Below, one piece after another: positions 47,713 through 60,020 of a stretch of 64,000 nucleotides of DNA. The first letter of the stretch is position 1, and each line of letters starts with the position of its first letter. The translations under genes and the position numbers were made by a program. The notes under the pieces are model-generated. The model had not been told where the DNA came from, made no database searches, and was given only the letters and a program-made list of their open reading frames with translations. Source of the stretch: Adineta vaga (Eukaryota; Animalia; Rotifera); assembly GCA_021613535.1 (NCBI GenBank), contig CP075492.1:14643205-14707204 (forward strand), read 5' to 3'.

Positions 47713-48432
47713 TTTAAAAACAGTATTAGTTAGTGTAATGCTCGAATTTCCGGTCAAAATAAAACGATGAATAATCGTGTTGAAATGATTTCGTTTCGAA
47801 GTTGATGTTCATCTGTTGCTGACTGTATTGATGGAAATAGCTTGAGATTTTGTAACGTATGTTTTATTTTCCTCCATAATCAATCAGATTTTTTATAAGT
47901 ATTAGCCACTAAAATGAAATACAGTCGTGATTACAGTTTTTCTCAAAGTTATTTTCGGAAACTTTCATTTAAGCAGATTTCTTCGCGTATCTATTCAGAG
48001 AATTTAGAAAAGATATACATACTTTATATTTGAAATTCAAAGTAGCAGCAACAATAATAGGTGAAACGTAGTTTAAAGATAGTAGAATAGAGTGCAATTG
48101 AATTTTACCAAAAGAAAATGTATATAACTTTTAGAAGTGAGGATATAAAATCGACAATTACGCAGTACAAACTTATTTATATTCAAGGATGAAATTAACA
48201 TACGGCTAATTGTTCTTTCTTTTATTGAAGACAATATGTTTCTTTTCTAGTATAGCAATAAAAGTAAGTTAATCAGTACTGCGCGAAGTAGTGAAGTGAT
48301 AATTTCAAATAATTTGTGTTTCTTTCATTCATTTCGATAGGTTTTCGAAGGCTACATATAAAGTTGATCTTTTTTTTTAATACAATAAACAAAAATCAAG
48401 AAAATTTGGCTATAGTAACATCATCCAAAATT

Positions 48433-50003
48433 TTAGTGATGTAAAAGAATACTAATGCTATTCGAATAGAAATTTGCAACAATAATGTCTAGTTTATTGT
48501 CATTATTCACATCAGTTAATGTTATTGCAACAGGACCATTACCAACTGAGTAAATATATTGAGAAGAAAAACTGCCATTGCCAAGATTGAAAAGTACACC
48601 AACATTATTTGAACCATAGTTTGCAACAACAATGTCCAGTGTATAATCGTCATTCAGATCAGCTAACGCTACTGCGATTGGACCACTACTAACCGAATAG
48701 GTTCTTGAGTATTGAAATGAACCGCTGCCTATGTTCAATAATATTCCAATAGTATTCGAACCATAGTTTGCAACAATAATATCAGATTTATTATCACCAT
48801 CTACATCAGTTACTATAACTGCTCGTGGATTGTTTCCAACTGAATACATAGTCGAAGGATAAAATGTACCGTTGCCTTTGTTAAGAAGAATACCGATATT
48901 GTTTGAATAATAATTTGCAACAATAATATCGGGTTTATTATCATTATTAACGTCGCTTGTTGTGATTGAGATTGGATTGAGAAAAACTGGATATGAAGTT
49001 TCAGTAGAAAATGTCGCATTACCCATGTTCAGAAGAACGCAAACTGTGTTCGAATTGTAATTTGCTACAATGATATCGAGTTTGTTGTCACCATTCACAT
49101 CAGTTACTGTAACTGATCTTGGATAGGATACAATTGTATAAATGATCTGAGAAGAAAACGTGCCATTACCGGTGTTAAGAAGAATACAAATATTGTTTGG
49201 AACTGGACTTGCGATGACAATATCGACTTTATCATCACCGTTCATGTCGCCTACGACAGCTGTCATTGGATTAGTACTAGTTAAGTAGGTAATTTGATTC
49301 CGAAACGAACCATCACCTAAATTAGTAAGAACACCAATGTTATTGGAACCGTAATTAGCGACAATAATATCGGATTTGTTATGATTGTTTAAATCGATTA
49401 CTGCGACTGAATACGGTTCATAACCAACTTGATAAGACACTTGAGGGAGAAACATATCACTATTGTTATACACTAAAGAAATATCAGGAAAAACAAGTAA
49501 TATTCTTCTGTATTTCGAAACTTGTTGGTATGAACATAACGTGCAAGACTTACCAGTTGCTATCGTCGTTGCTATTGATGTTGACGAAGTTGACATGAAT
49601 TGATCTGTATTAGAGAAGTAATAGTAACAATAAACAACGTCGCTCGACACAAACAAGAGAGAAATAGATAGCTAATCGTTGCGATTATTTTCAGTAAAAA
49701 CTTACTTGATACTATTGATATTGATGATTGATTACTAAAGATATATGTGGCGTCGACATGAAATTCGATGACAATTGAATGATTCTTCAAAGAAAACAAT
49801 TGACATGTTTTATTCATTGAAAAATAATTTAATGCAAATATGAATTTATTTGATGCTCTAGCCATTTGACATATACATTCCTCTTTTGTTAGATTAACAA
49901 ATGACATATTTATATAATCGACCATTATATTATTCTCTATTTTACCGATAGATATCGATTGACTAGCAGAAAATAACGATAGAAGTAATAATATCCAAAA
50001 CAT
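48433..50003 (-). CDS. Secreted single-propeller FG-GAP/VCBS-repeat protein with N-terminal Cys-containing domain, 3 exons
   Basis: Exons are complement(join(48433..49472,49554..49604,49706..50003)), with GTAAGT donors and introns of 81 and 101 nt. It has the signal peptide MFWILLLLSLFSASQS, a roughly 80 aa domain with 4 Cys, a S/T linker, and 7 FG-GAP-like blades (DxNxDxKxDIIVANYGSNxIGIL). Confidence 0.7.
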
Positions 50004-50584
50004 GTCCTCTCGCTTCAATTACTTGAACGTTATTGAGTATTTTAGAACAAAAAAATATCATGTTCTTTTGATAACTACGTCATATTCACAAGAATATAGT
50101 GAAAAACTTGTTAAAAAATGTTATTTATATTTCTAAATACTCATCATTATTGTTATATTAGGTGTGAAAAAGTCAATCGCTAAATGAAACTTTCTTTTTT
50201 TTATAATTAAACTATTATTATCTGTAAGAACAATTTTTCTAGAATAAACCATGATTGCAAAAAAGAAATGGTTTAGACGCGTGACAAATGATCTACATGT
50301 TTGTCAATGTGTATGAATATGCGTATATTGCATAGGAAAATGAATTCTATATTCTATGTAATTAGACCAGATTAAATCTTCGATAAGACTTTCAAATAGT
50401 ATCATAAATATACATTGTTTAATAGAATTCTATTATATATAGATTACATTAATTTAATAATATTTTGAGAATATAGGACTGTTTTAGTAATATGATCTAC
50501 AGTGTTAATTAACTATAATCCCTTTGATAATAACGTCAATACTTTTCTTCCGATATTCTTTTTGTTATTTCTTGGAAACAGAAT

Positions 50585-51623
50585 ATGTCTTCATCAAACT
50601 CTACTCTTCCATCGATATCTTCGTCGGAAATTGTTCATCTGCAATTTATTTTACGATTAGTCGTTGGTATATTAGGTTTACCAATGCTCCTTGCTGGTAT
50701 CATTGGTAATACAATTAATATTTTTACTTTTATTAAATTAGGTTATTATCGAGAGAATTCTTGTTCACTTTATATTCTATCTCGATCGATTTTTGATTTA
50801 ACTCTTCTTATAACTGGACTTGGAACACGTATTCTAAGTCAAAGTTTTCAAATTGATTTTACATTAACAAATCATCTTTGGTGTAAATTACGTGTTCCTA
50901 TTATTTACATTAATACGTTGAGTTCCTATACATTTCTATGTCTTCAATCGATTGATGCATTTTTGGTTACATCATTATCCGTTTCTTTTCGACAGAAAAG
51001 TAATATACAAAGAGGTCGATATTTTCTGATTAGTTTTCTTCTTCTTTGGATTATTGAAGAATTACCTTATCTCTATTTTCAAGAATTAATTATCAGTTCT
51101 GATGGAACGAGTTTCATGTGTATAACAATCAATTCAACATATGCGAAATATCGAATATATTTTGTTTATCTTTTTCTAACGACGATTGTTCCACTTGTTC
51201 TAATAATTGGATTTGATTTTTTAACCTATCGACATCTACAAATGTATACACTTCAACAACAACGCCATTTACTTTCAATTCTTGCAAGACAAATGACTAA
51301 AATGACTCTATTTCATATAGCTGCTGTTTTTCTCTTTCAAACACCATTTGCTATTGCACAATGTTATTTCCTTACCACAGGACTTAGTAAAGAACCTATT
51401 CGAAATGCACAAGAACAAATCATACAACAATTTTTCAATATACTTGGATATGGCATCTATGCAGTAAGATGAAAAACTTTTCTTTTTCAATATGTATTCA
51501 ACTGTTGTTTGTATATAGACATCGTTCTATTGTTATTTTATTGCATCAAAACGTTTTCGTCAACAAGTATTCAATGCATTTTTTAACCATCGACAAGGCC
51601 AAAATCGAATACAACCGACATAA
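50585..51623 (+). CDS. Rhodopsin-like 7TM receptor (GPCR), 2 exons
   Basis: Exons are join(50585..51463,51519..51623), with a GTAAGA donor and a 55 nt intron. It has a 7TM profile, and the terminal exon encodes a helix-8-like ASKRFRQQVFNAFF. Confidence 0.7.
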
Positions 51624-51724
51624 ACAAGTTGCATCATTGATTTGCTAAGAAACACGTGTTGTCGTTTTTCTTTCTCGAAGTAAAAGAATATATAGAATAT
51701 TTCATAATCATTTTGTAATTTTAT

Positions 51725-52888
51725 ATGATGCAAACAGAGAATGTGTTTATTATTGCTGGAGCAGGCATTGGAGGTTTAGCAACTGCTTTAGCATTGCAAC
51801 AGAATGGATTTTCGTATGAAATTTATGAACGTGACATAGATTTTAATTCTCGTCGACAAGGTTATAGTTTAACTATTCAAAAGAATGGATTTGCAGCATT
51901 GAAAGAACTTGGTTTAGGTGATTGTGTACGAGAGATGGGTGCAGATTCTGTAATCGCAGGAACAGCTACATACAACAATTTGGGTGAAGTGATCTTTTCT
52001 AAATCTAAACGAAATAGGGATCGATATAATTTCAATAATTTTGCAGTACCACGACAATCTCTTCGTACATGTCTAATGAATGAATTAAAACCAAATGTTA
52101 TTCATTGGAATAAAGAAATTATTCGATATGAATCGTTACAAAATAATTCTCATCAAATTCGAGTTATCTTCTCGGATAATACATCCGTTGTTGGTCGTGC
52201 ATTGATTGGCTGCGATGGAGTTCGTAGTACAATTCGTAAACAAATGTTAGGTGATGATTTGAATTATCTTGGTGTATGGGCGATTAATGGTATTTCATCT
52301 CATCAACAGAATCCACTTCTTGTCAATAAAACTGTTCAGATGCTTGATGGAAAATCTCGTTTATTTATTAAACCATATTCTCTTCATAAATCTATGTGGC
52401 AATTGACTTTTCAAGTTTCGAAAGATGATCAAACTTACAATCAAAATGATTTAGAAGATTTATTAAATAAAGCAAGACATACTACGAAAGATTGGTATGA
52501 ATCAATTACAAAATTAATTCATGACACGTCAGTTTCAGATATTCGTGCTGGTCCAGTTTTTGATCGAGATCCATTGGAAATTATTCGCAAAGACGTCGAA
52601 TGTGTGACAATGTTAGGTGATGCTGTACATCCTATGAGTCCTTTTAAAGGACAAGGAGCGAATCAGGCATTGACGGATGCAGTTAATTTAGTAAAATTTA
52701 TAATGAAATATCAAGAAGAGAATGATGGCGTCGAAAAAGCTTTTCATGATTTTGAAAATGAAATGCTCATACGTTCAAAACGTTCTGTTTTACAATCAAG
52801 ATCAGCGGTAAAATTTCTTCATACTAACAATGCTCTTCTAAACACAAATATGTCTCAATTTATCAGTGGTAAACTTGTATTCGAATAA
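51725..52888 (+). CDS. FAD-dependent aromatic-ring monooxygenase (salicylate hydroxylase-like), single exon
   Basis: It has an N-terminal GxGxxG FAD fold (FIIAGAGIGGLATALAL) and the C-terminal FAD motif GDAVHPMSPFKGQGANQALTDAVNL. ATG at 51725, TAA stop. Confidence 0.85.
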   Translation: MMQTENVFIIAGAGIGGLATALALQQNGFSYEIYERDIDFNSRRQGYSLTIQKNGFAALKELGLGDCVREMGADSVIAGTATYNNLGEVIFSKSKRNRDRYNFNNFAVPRQSLRTCLMNELKPNVIHWNKEIIRYESLQNNSHQIRVIFSDNTSVVGRALIGCDGVRSTIRKQMLGDDLNYLGVWAINGISSHQQNPLLVNKTVQMLDGKSRLFIKPYSLHKSMWQLTFQVSKDDQTYNQNDLEDLLNKARHTTKDWYESITKLIHDTSVSDIRAGPVFDRDPLEIIRKDVECVTMLGDAVHPMSPFKGQGANQALTDAVNLVKFIMKYQEENDGVEKAFHDFENEMLIRSKRSVLQSRSAVKFLHTNNALLNTNMSQFISGKLVFE

Positions 52889-53134
52889 ATAAATCATTCG
52901 AAAGACTTGAATTATTTTGTCATTCTAAACTTTTACTGTGTATTATTTGAAAATAAACAGTAGAAGCTATATTCACGATCAATCACACATTGATTACTAT
53001 AATTTTGATATGTTAACCTACTCAAAATTCGGACAAAGAATTTTTTCATTAATTATCTGATCAACAGAAAAATGATTATTAACAAAAAAAAAGAAAGAAA
53101 AAACGAAATATTAATAGTTTATCAAATGTAAGAT

Positions 53135-53510
53135 TCAACAATGAGAAAGATTGCCGTAACAATAAAAACTAGATACATAACCAATGCCTCCTTGTTTTAA
53201 ATTGATTTGATACCATTTATTATCGTTCGTTTCACCAATTTGAACATTTTCACCTTTCACCCAACAATCAGCTGGATATCTATCTCCTGCATGAATAGTG
53301 CTTATAGATGAACAATGCGTATTACTACATAGACGAATATCTGCTTCTTGCTTACATTCCACAAATCCAGTCTAGATAAAACTTAATTTTTTATTATATT
53401 TTTAAAATAGAAACGATGATCATTACTTCGGATTGATGAATTATCATCAATAATAATAACAACACCAGAACAATAGAAATGATGTGCATGTTTTTCTTTA
53501 GATTGAGCAT
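53135..53510 (-). CDS. Small secreted 6-Cys protein with bacterial-type SH3 (SH3b)-like segment, 2 exons
   Basis: Exons are complement(join(53135..53371,53427..53510)), with a GTAATG donor and a 55 nt intron. Exon 1 encodes a 28 aa signal peptide (MLNLKKNMHIISIVLVLLLLLMII). The mature roughly 78 aa has CWVKGENVQIGETNDNKWYQINLKQGGIGYV, an SH3b-like pattern. Confidence 0.55.
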
Positions 53511-55342
53511 GACCTTCGAACACTGTATCTTTGCTTATTATATACAAAGACGAGAATAAGAAGAAAAAGAATGTTCGTCAGTCACGATTGAATGCACATT
53601 ATCTACACGTTGTATTCATAGATCATTCACATAAGAAAAAGAATGAGACAAAGAAAGTAAATGTATACATCGTCTTTTTTGTGTTATATTTTGATGCGTA
53701 CAGTAAACTTTTCTAGATAACTTCAGCGAGTTCAATTTCTTATTCTTTTTCTTATCCTCATTATGTATGAATTGGTTTACAGGTATGTATATAAAATTGT
53801 ATTAATATCTTACCTAATTGTATTTATGTATAACAGAATTCACGATCAATGAAATGATTCAATCATATCACTAATTTCTTTACAGAAATACAATTAGCTG
53901 TAGCTGTATAGAGGTCGTTCGAAATCGTAATAGCATATTCCTACAAAACAAATATTTTCTTCAAATTAGATATCATTTACGTAGCATTTGCTTAAACGTA
54001 CGTATGACTATAACGAACAACTTCGACAGAAACATATCAATTATCCAACAGGTGGAGATTTTCCACGAAGAAAGCCAGTGCTTATGCTTAATCGGAGTAA
54101 AAAATCTTCCAAGATATTTATATTAGTTCCCGCCTTTACATATTCAACCAAAACAATGGATTCATCAAATGGCTACGTTTGTTGAGGATTCAGTTCATGT
54201 ACATTTTTTTCTCTTCCATCAAGTGACGATATCTATCACGTATGTTTCCGCATGCATACGTCCTCATCTGTGTTCTTATAGTTCGCACTTTTTTATGTAC
54301 TTAATTTGTTTTTTGATCAGGCGATCGGATATAGTATGATACTGGATATTCCTCGTGCTATATATAAAGGATGGAGAACAGACATTAGGGCGGAGGGTGC
54401 TCTTTCAAAGAATAAAGTATCAACATCTATCTCTTGGACCCAGCATAGACATTGTCACGACCATTTTTAAATTTTCATTTTCAATAATAAACTATATGAA
54501 TGTAATCTATTACGTCTTCAGAAGCAATCAATTCATTTAGAATATCAAAAATGAGATAGAATACTCGTATTATTCAGCAGAGCGATATTTTAAATGTTCT
54601 CTAATATAAAGGAATTCACAATCTAGTTCTTGCGCATAAATACGATGAAATTTAATTGAAAATAAAGAACATTAACAAATATAATGAATTCTAATAGTTG
54701 TGATGATATCTTTTGTTCAGTCAATTAAATTAAAAAAAATGTCTATCTTGAAGCAATTTAGGAACTTCAGCACAGTCTTCACGAGACGAGATTCTTGAAG
54801 GATATTTATACGTTTCCTCATATGAATGAGCCCATTGTTTTTCATCTTCATAAGCATAATCATAAGTACTTCCAAGAATAAATATCTATATAATCAATAA
54901 CTTGAACGATCATTTATAGTCCACGGCTGTTGACAATTACACATAAATGATTAATTATATGAAGGTAGTACAATAGAATATTCATCATTTAGAGAAACAT
55001 TATAACTGGAGTATCACTTCGAAGCACAAGAGCACTACGAGAACATTGCAGCATCTTGAGGGTGGAGGAAATCAAGGATAAAGATTAGAGATGCATACCT
55101 TCACAATAATTTCAACTGATAAAATTGTTGACTGAATCAATAAGCGAATAGACTAGAAAATATTGAAGAAAAGGTCAATTATAAAGTTGCATTCATTTGA
55201 TAGAATATATTCGGTAAGATTATTCTTGTTGTTAAAGTAGATGTTAGGATTAGTTCTATTGTAGTTGTTCGTCGAGCGGAACGTTCTTTTAAGATTATTA
55301 CTGTTACCAGAATACTTGTAACCCGTACAAATGTGATAATAA

Positions 55343-55368
55343 CACACCCACACACACCCACACACACC
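55343..55368. repeat. CA-rich simple repeat (cacaccca)n
   Basis: The run is acacaccca cacacaccca cacacacc. Confidence 0.8.
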
Positions 55369-55732
55369 AGTAGAATGTCATGTCTATATTGAGATTTTCA
55401 GTCGCTATTTGGACACTAAAATCATGAAATGGAATAATGAATTTATTATTGAAAAAGTCAGTTTTAATGTAGGACGAAAACAATGCTGCTAAATCAATAA
55501 ATACATCGTCTTGGAATTAATATTAATTGATATGTTCCATTTGTGTTTTCTTGATAAAATGTTAGCGCGAGGTATGAAATGAATGAGAACATCTTGAGAA
55601 TTTGCATGGCTGAATATTTATTATAAAGCTGTACATGAAAATATAGAAATATGCAGGGTAATATACAATTCAATTGCTAGTTAATAAGCAAAGGATAGAG
55701 GATAAGTAGAATTCATGTTTATGTTTTTCATT

Positions 55733-56991
55733 TCATTGATTTGTGGTAGCGACTGATTCACTGATTATGTTTTTGCTTCTCTCACGTGCATTAGTAACGA
55801 TGAGATCGATAACGTTGCTGTTGAGTGCTACATTAGCAAGAATAGCAATAGGGTTGACACTGTGTGTTATATCAGTCACGGTAGCTTGTGCGTTGACCGT
55901 GTTAGTTTTATTTTGTTCATTCGCCGGAGTAACAATAGATTCGATTGCATTACCACCCAGTATCACATTAGCAGCGGTAATAATAGGATCAACCATACTA
56001 TTATTAGCTGGTAGAGTAGTAGTATTATTTGTACATCTTGCACGTGCATTAGCAATGACTGATTCAATTGCATTACTACTAAGTGTTACATTAGCAGCAG
56101 TATCGATAGAACTGATTGTTGTTGTAGTCAGATCAGGTATTCTTTTCAAAGAAGAAAAAAAAACGTTGAGAAAAATATAAATGAATGTCAAAGAGTTATT
56201 ACCCTTTGACTGATCCTTGTGATTGAATTTGAGTATTTGTTGCTGCTTGTGCATGAGAAGTAATGATAGTTGTCGTTGTTGATTCCAATAAATGTTGAGT
56301 TTCTTGTTGATTTATTTCCAGAATTTGATCAGTAAGATTATCAATATTTGTTTTATTCTGTAATTGACTTTCAATTAATGCATTCACTTTATCTGTATTA
56401 GCTTGATTATTTAAAATATCGATTTGTTTTTTTGCTTCATTTAAAATCGTTTGTTGTTTAGTTTGTAGATCATGTTCTAAATCTGCTAATGTTTTAGCTT
56501 TAACAGCATCTAATGTTTGAATAACATTTTTTAATTGATTTTTATATTCATTATCAATAATTAAATGGCGTCGATTAGCCATAGATAGCAATTCTTCCTG
56601 TTGATGTTGAGTATTTGTAAGAACATCTGCAATTGATTTTTGAACCTATATTTACAATTGAATTAACAGAGAAAAATATATAAGACAAAATTACTAGTTC
56701 ATTAATTTCTGCCACACGTGCTCGAGAATATTCATTTACTTGTGCATATGTTGTACCTAATTGTAGGAGTAAATTTTCAATGTTTAATTTTGTATTGATT
56801 GTTGCATTTGCTTGAGTTTCTGATGATATAACAGATTGTACTTGAACATTATCAGCTGCAGCCGATGTATGAAGATGTTCACTGGCAGTTGTACTCTGTT
56901 CTGTAACAGTTTGATTTTTGTCTGTAGTAGAATTTTGTTCGTCGGATTGTGCTGAAAAGGTGCCAAATAATGCATTAATAATCGACGACAT
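55733..56991 (-). CDS. Gln/Asn/Thr-rich coiled-coil protein with three C-terminal ~40-aa repeats, 3 exons
   Basis: Exons are complement(join(55733..56141,56203..56645,56695..56991)), with GTAATT and GTAATA donors and introns of 49 and 61 nt. There is a long amphipathic helical region (LDAVKAKTLADLEHDLQTKQQTILNEAKKQIDILNNQ...). The C-terminus repeats ANVxLxxNAIESVIxNAR three times. Confidence 0.6.
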
Positions 56992-57609
56992 TATATTTTC
57001 TAATTAATAATTGAAAACAGAAAAATATTGGATCTAAAATGAATTTATATCTAAATTGTTAGATTGAGAAAAAAAAATATTCATAACATGATATAGGTTA
57101 TAGAAATTCTCCTTTTTTCCATCTCTTTACATATTTTGTGCGCAATATGTTTATTGTTATTATGATGCTCTTAGGCACATGCTTTGTTTTTTCTTCTCTA
57201 TTATAGAACATAGCTCTATATGCAATGTACCAAACGATAGAACTAGAAAGAAAAAAAAATGCTTATATGAATTATTTCCACTGATATTACTCAAATGTGG
57301 ACAGAAAAACAAGAAAATATTATCTATGTCGAGGAAATGTTGATGCACTGATTGATTGCTTCGTAATATGATATAACCGATAAAGGTTAAGAGATGATGA
57401 TGTTATTGCACAGTAAAACTTGATCAATGAAATTCGATGTTCTCTATATACAGTACAATACTCTGATTCTATTGACAATTTTTTTTAAGAACAAATATTC
57501 TTTCGTTTTACATATTTTTATTATAAAATGAGCGGTGTGTGAAAAACATTTTCATTTATAAGAACTCCGATCATTAAAATGCACTGTATAGTTAGTACGA
57601 AGATGTAAT

Positions 57610-60020
57610 CTATTTCGAGTCTTGTTCTAGACGATTGATATTTGCGAGTTGTTCATCAATTTCCTTGGCTTGTTTCTCCCAGTTCATATCTTCATAGAGT
57701 TTTTTGGCTGCTGTCAAGTTTATACGAGCTGCTTCGAAATCACGTAAGCCAAGTTGAAGATCAGCTAGCTGTATGTGACTTTGAATCACAATGTTCTTTT
57801 TATCTTCGATCTCTTGCAAGTCGTGAAATGGAAGTATCTCATTGCTCTGTACCGTTGCATGATGTTTCAAAAGTCGATACTTCAATGCTGATGAAAGATC
57901 TTTGAGATTGTCTTTGTAGATGTTGGATATACGTTGATAAATGCGAGACAAATCTTCATGATTGTTCTGAGCGACGTAGATCTTACAGATTTCTTTGTAG
58001 TTTATCAGAGCCTCATCAAATATCTCCATCTCTTCCTGAAGCTCAGCAATATTCTTGTAGCATTTGCCCAATTGTCTATCGATAGGTGAGCAAAATTTTA
58101 AAAGAGCTTGAAGTCGAAGTTGTTCGTAGTGTAGAGCAGATTTTTTGTCTTCCTTTTTATCATTTATCTCTTCCTTTTCTAAGTAAACCGTCGATAAGAT
58201 CTGATATAACACTGCTTTTTGTCTTTCATTATCTGGTAACTGATTCAGAGTGGTTTTACAGATTAATATTGCAGCATCATATTGTTCCTGAGCCGACTTG
58301 TCGTCCTCGAAATGAAAGTAATGCAGGCGACCTATTTTCAGATGAAGATTGGCAATTTCGAAACCATTGTTCTCAGGATATCTTTGCCAGATTGTAAGCG
58401 CTTGTTTGTAGTATGTCAATGCTGCTTTGTAATTTTCCCGACCATATCCCTCTTGATATCCACCCAATGCTCTGTATCTCTCGGCCTCCAGTTGTTCTCC
58501 CTCCGAAGTAAATAATTCATTGAGTTCATCGAAAATAGTGTTAATCTCCTCTTCTGGAGCATCTTTGCACACTTTTCCAGCAATGATACTAACACACTCT
58601 TTCAGACTAATTTTTCTGTTCTCGAACGGCAGAATATAATCATCTTCCAATGTCAGCATCACCTTGATAATCTTTTCATCTTCACTGTAACTACTGCTCC
58701 GAAGACGAAGAAATGTTCCCATCATGAGAAGTATTTCTTTCTCGTTGGAGAATTCACTCAAATGAGAAATATCTCCGAAAGGTTTAGAGTTGTATCTGGC
58801 GTTTAGATTAATTTCTAGCAGCACCCGGACGTAACCTTCCATCACTGAGGATATAGGCGGAAGAAAACTGAGCGATAGACGCCGATCAAGCGATGTCGAC
58901 AGAAAACTGGTTAACCTCACCATATAGGCAGACTTTAATGTTTCGACTTCATCCTCAGACATGATCTGTCCTCGAAACACTTGCACTTGTACGTTGTCTA
59001 CGTTGGTGGTTTTGAATGTTTCGTGTTCCTTTTTTAATTGGAGAAATAAATCTTTAATGTAGTAGCCGAATGCAAACATTACTCTGACGTTGTACTGTCG
59101 ATTAGCTTTGTTGATCAAGCGAAAAAAGAAGGTATCCCGTGTATACCACCAAACAGCCTTATCAGGAGTATACTCACGCTCGAACTCATCGATAACACGC
59201 AGTTCTCCAACTTTTCCATCGTAATAATTTCGTAGTTCAGTAGTGAGACGCTGGTGGCATACTTCTCTTGGATAAGGTAAGTGGCAGAGAGCATCCATAA
59301 ATATTACCCACCATGAAGCAGAACCAGATTCTGTTGTTCTATCTTGTTTGTCGAAGTTACCAAATACACCATCCTTCTCTTTTTCCAGATATCTCTTTAC
59401 GTCACTATCGACTGCCTGAAGTAAGGATTTGTGATTCGTGTACACTTTCTTAACCTGCAGTAAAAAAGTGTCTTGCGTCGCAGAAAAAAACTAAGTTTAA
59501 ATCTTACCTTTGTGTACGAACTCGGCCAGCTTTGAAGATGTTCACTATTCTGAGAGTAGACAAAAATTGAACGAATGTTTTGCAAGTGATGAATTTCTGG
59601 AATTAACTGCTTGCCGATGTTGTCTGAACAGACTAGAAAACACACGACATATTGTGACTCTTGTAGATAATGTTTACAGGAGTCTTGATTGTCAAAGAAC
59701 TTGGTGTAGTCGACAATTTCACGTAATTTGGAGATGGTCAGGTCTCCATTTAAGCCATCGTGAACATGGTTATCGCACCAGACTAACTGATGTGACTCAA
59801 GATTGAGTCGTTCACGGTCGAAAAGGCGAGATCGTATAGGGGAATTTCCTTGAATTGTATTATCGGCCGATATCATGGAAGATTGTGATGATCCAACGAA
59901 TGTGTTCATATTTTTTGTAGCCGTTAAATTTCGTCTTCTCAATAGTTTTAACTTTAGTTTGTCTCCATGGCTCGAGAAACATAACATTACTGTTCTGTGT
60001 ATGTGCTGCTTTTTTTTCAT
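57610..60020 (-). CDS. Multidomain protein: unknown alpha/beta N-domain + R-S-ExE mono-ADP-ribosyltransferase (toxin-like ART) + TPR repeat array, 2 exons
   Basis: Exons are complement(join(57610..59454,59508..60020)), with a GTAAGA donor and a 53 nt intron. The ART motifs in order are VQVFRGQ (Arg codon 58972-58974), FLSTSLD (58891-58899), and NEKEILLMMG (ExE at 58735-58743). They are followed by about 350 aa of TPR-like helical repeats (e.g. YKAALTYYKQALTIW, LGKCYKNIAELQ). The alternative start is MNTFVG at 59909. Confidence 0.75.

Noticed and set aside
55743-56180. A plus-strand 145-aa hydrophobic ORF
   Set aside because: It is the mirror image of the Q/N/T/A-rich minus-strand coding repeat (the complementary codons give L/V/A/I). 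The minus-strand gene has splice sites and coiled-coil logic, while the plus ORF has none.
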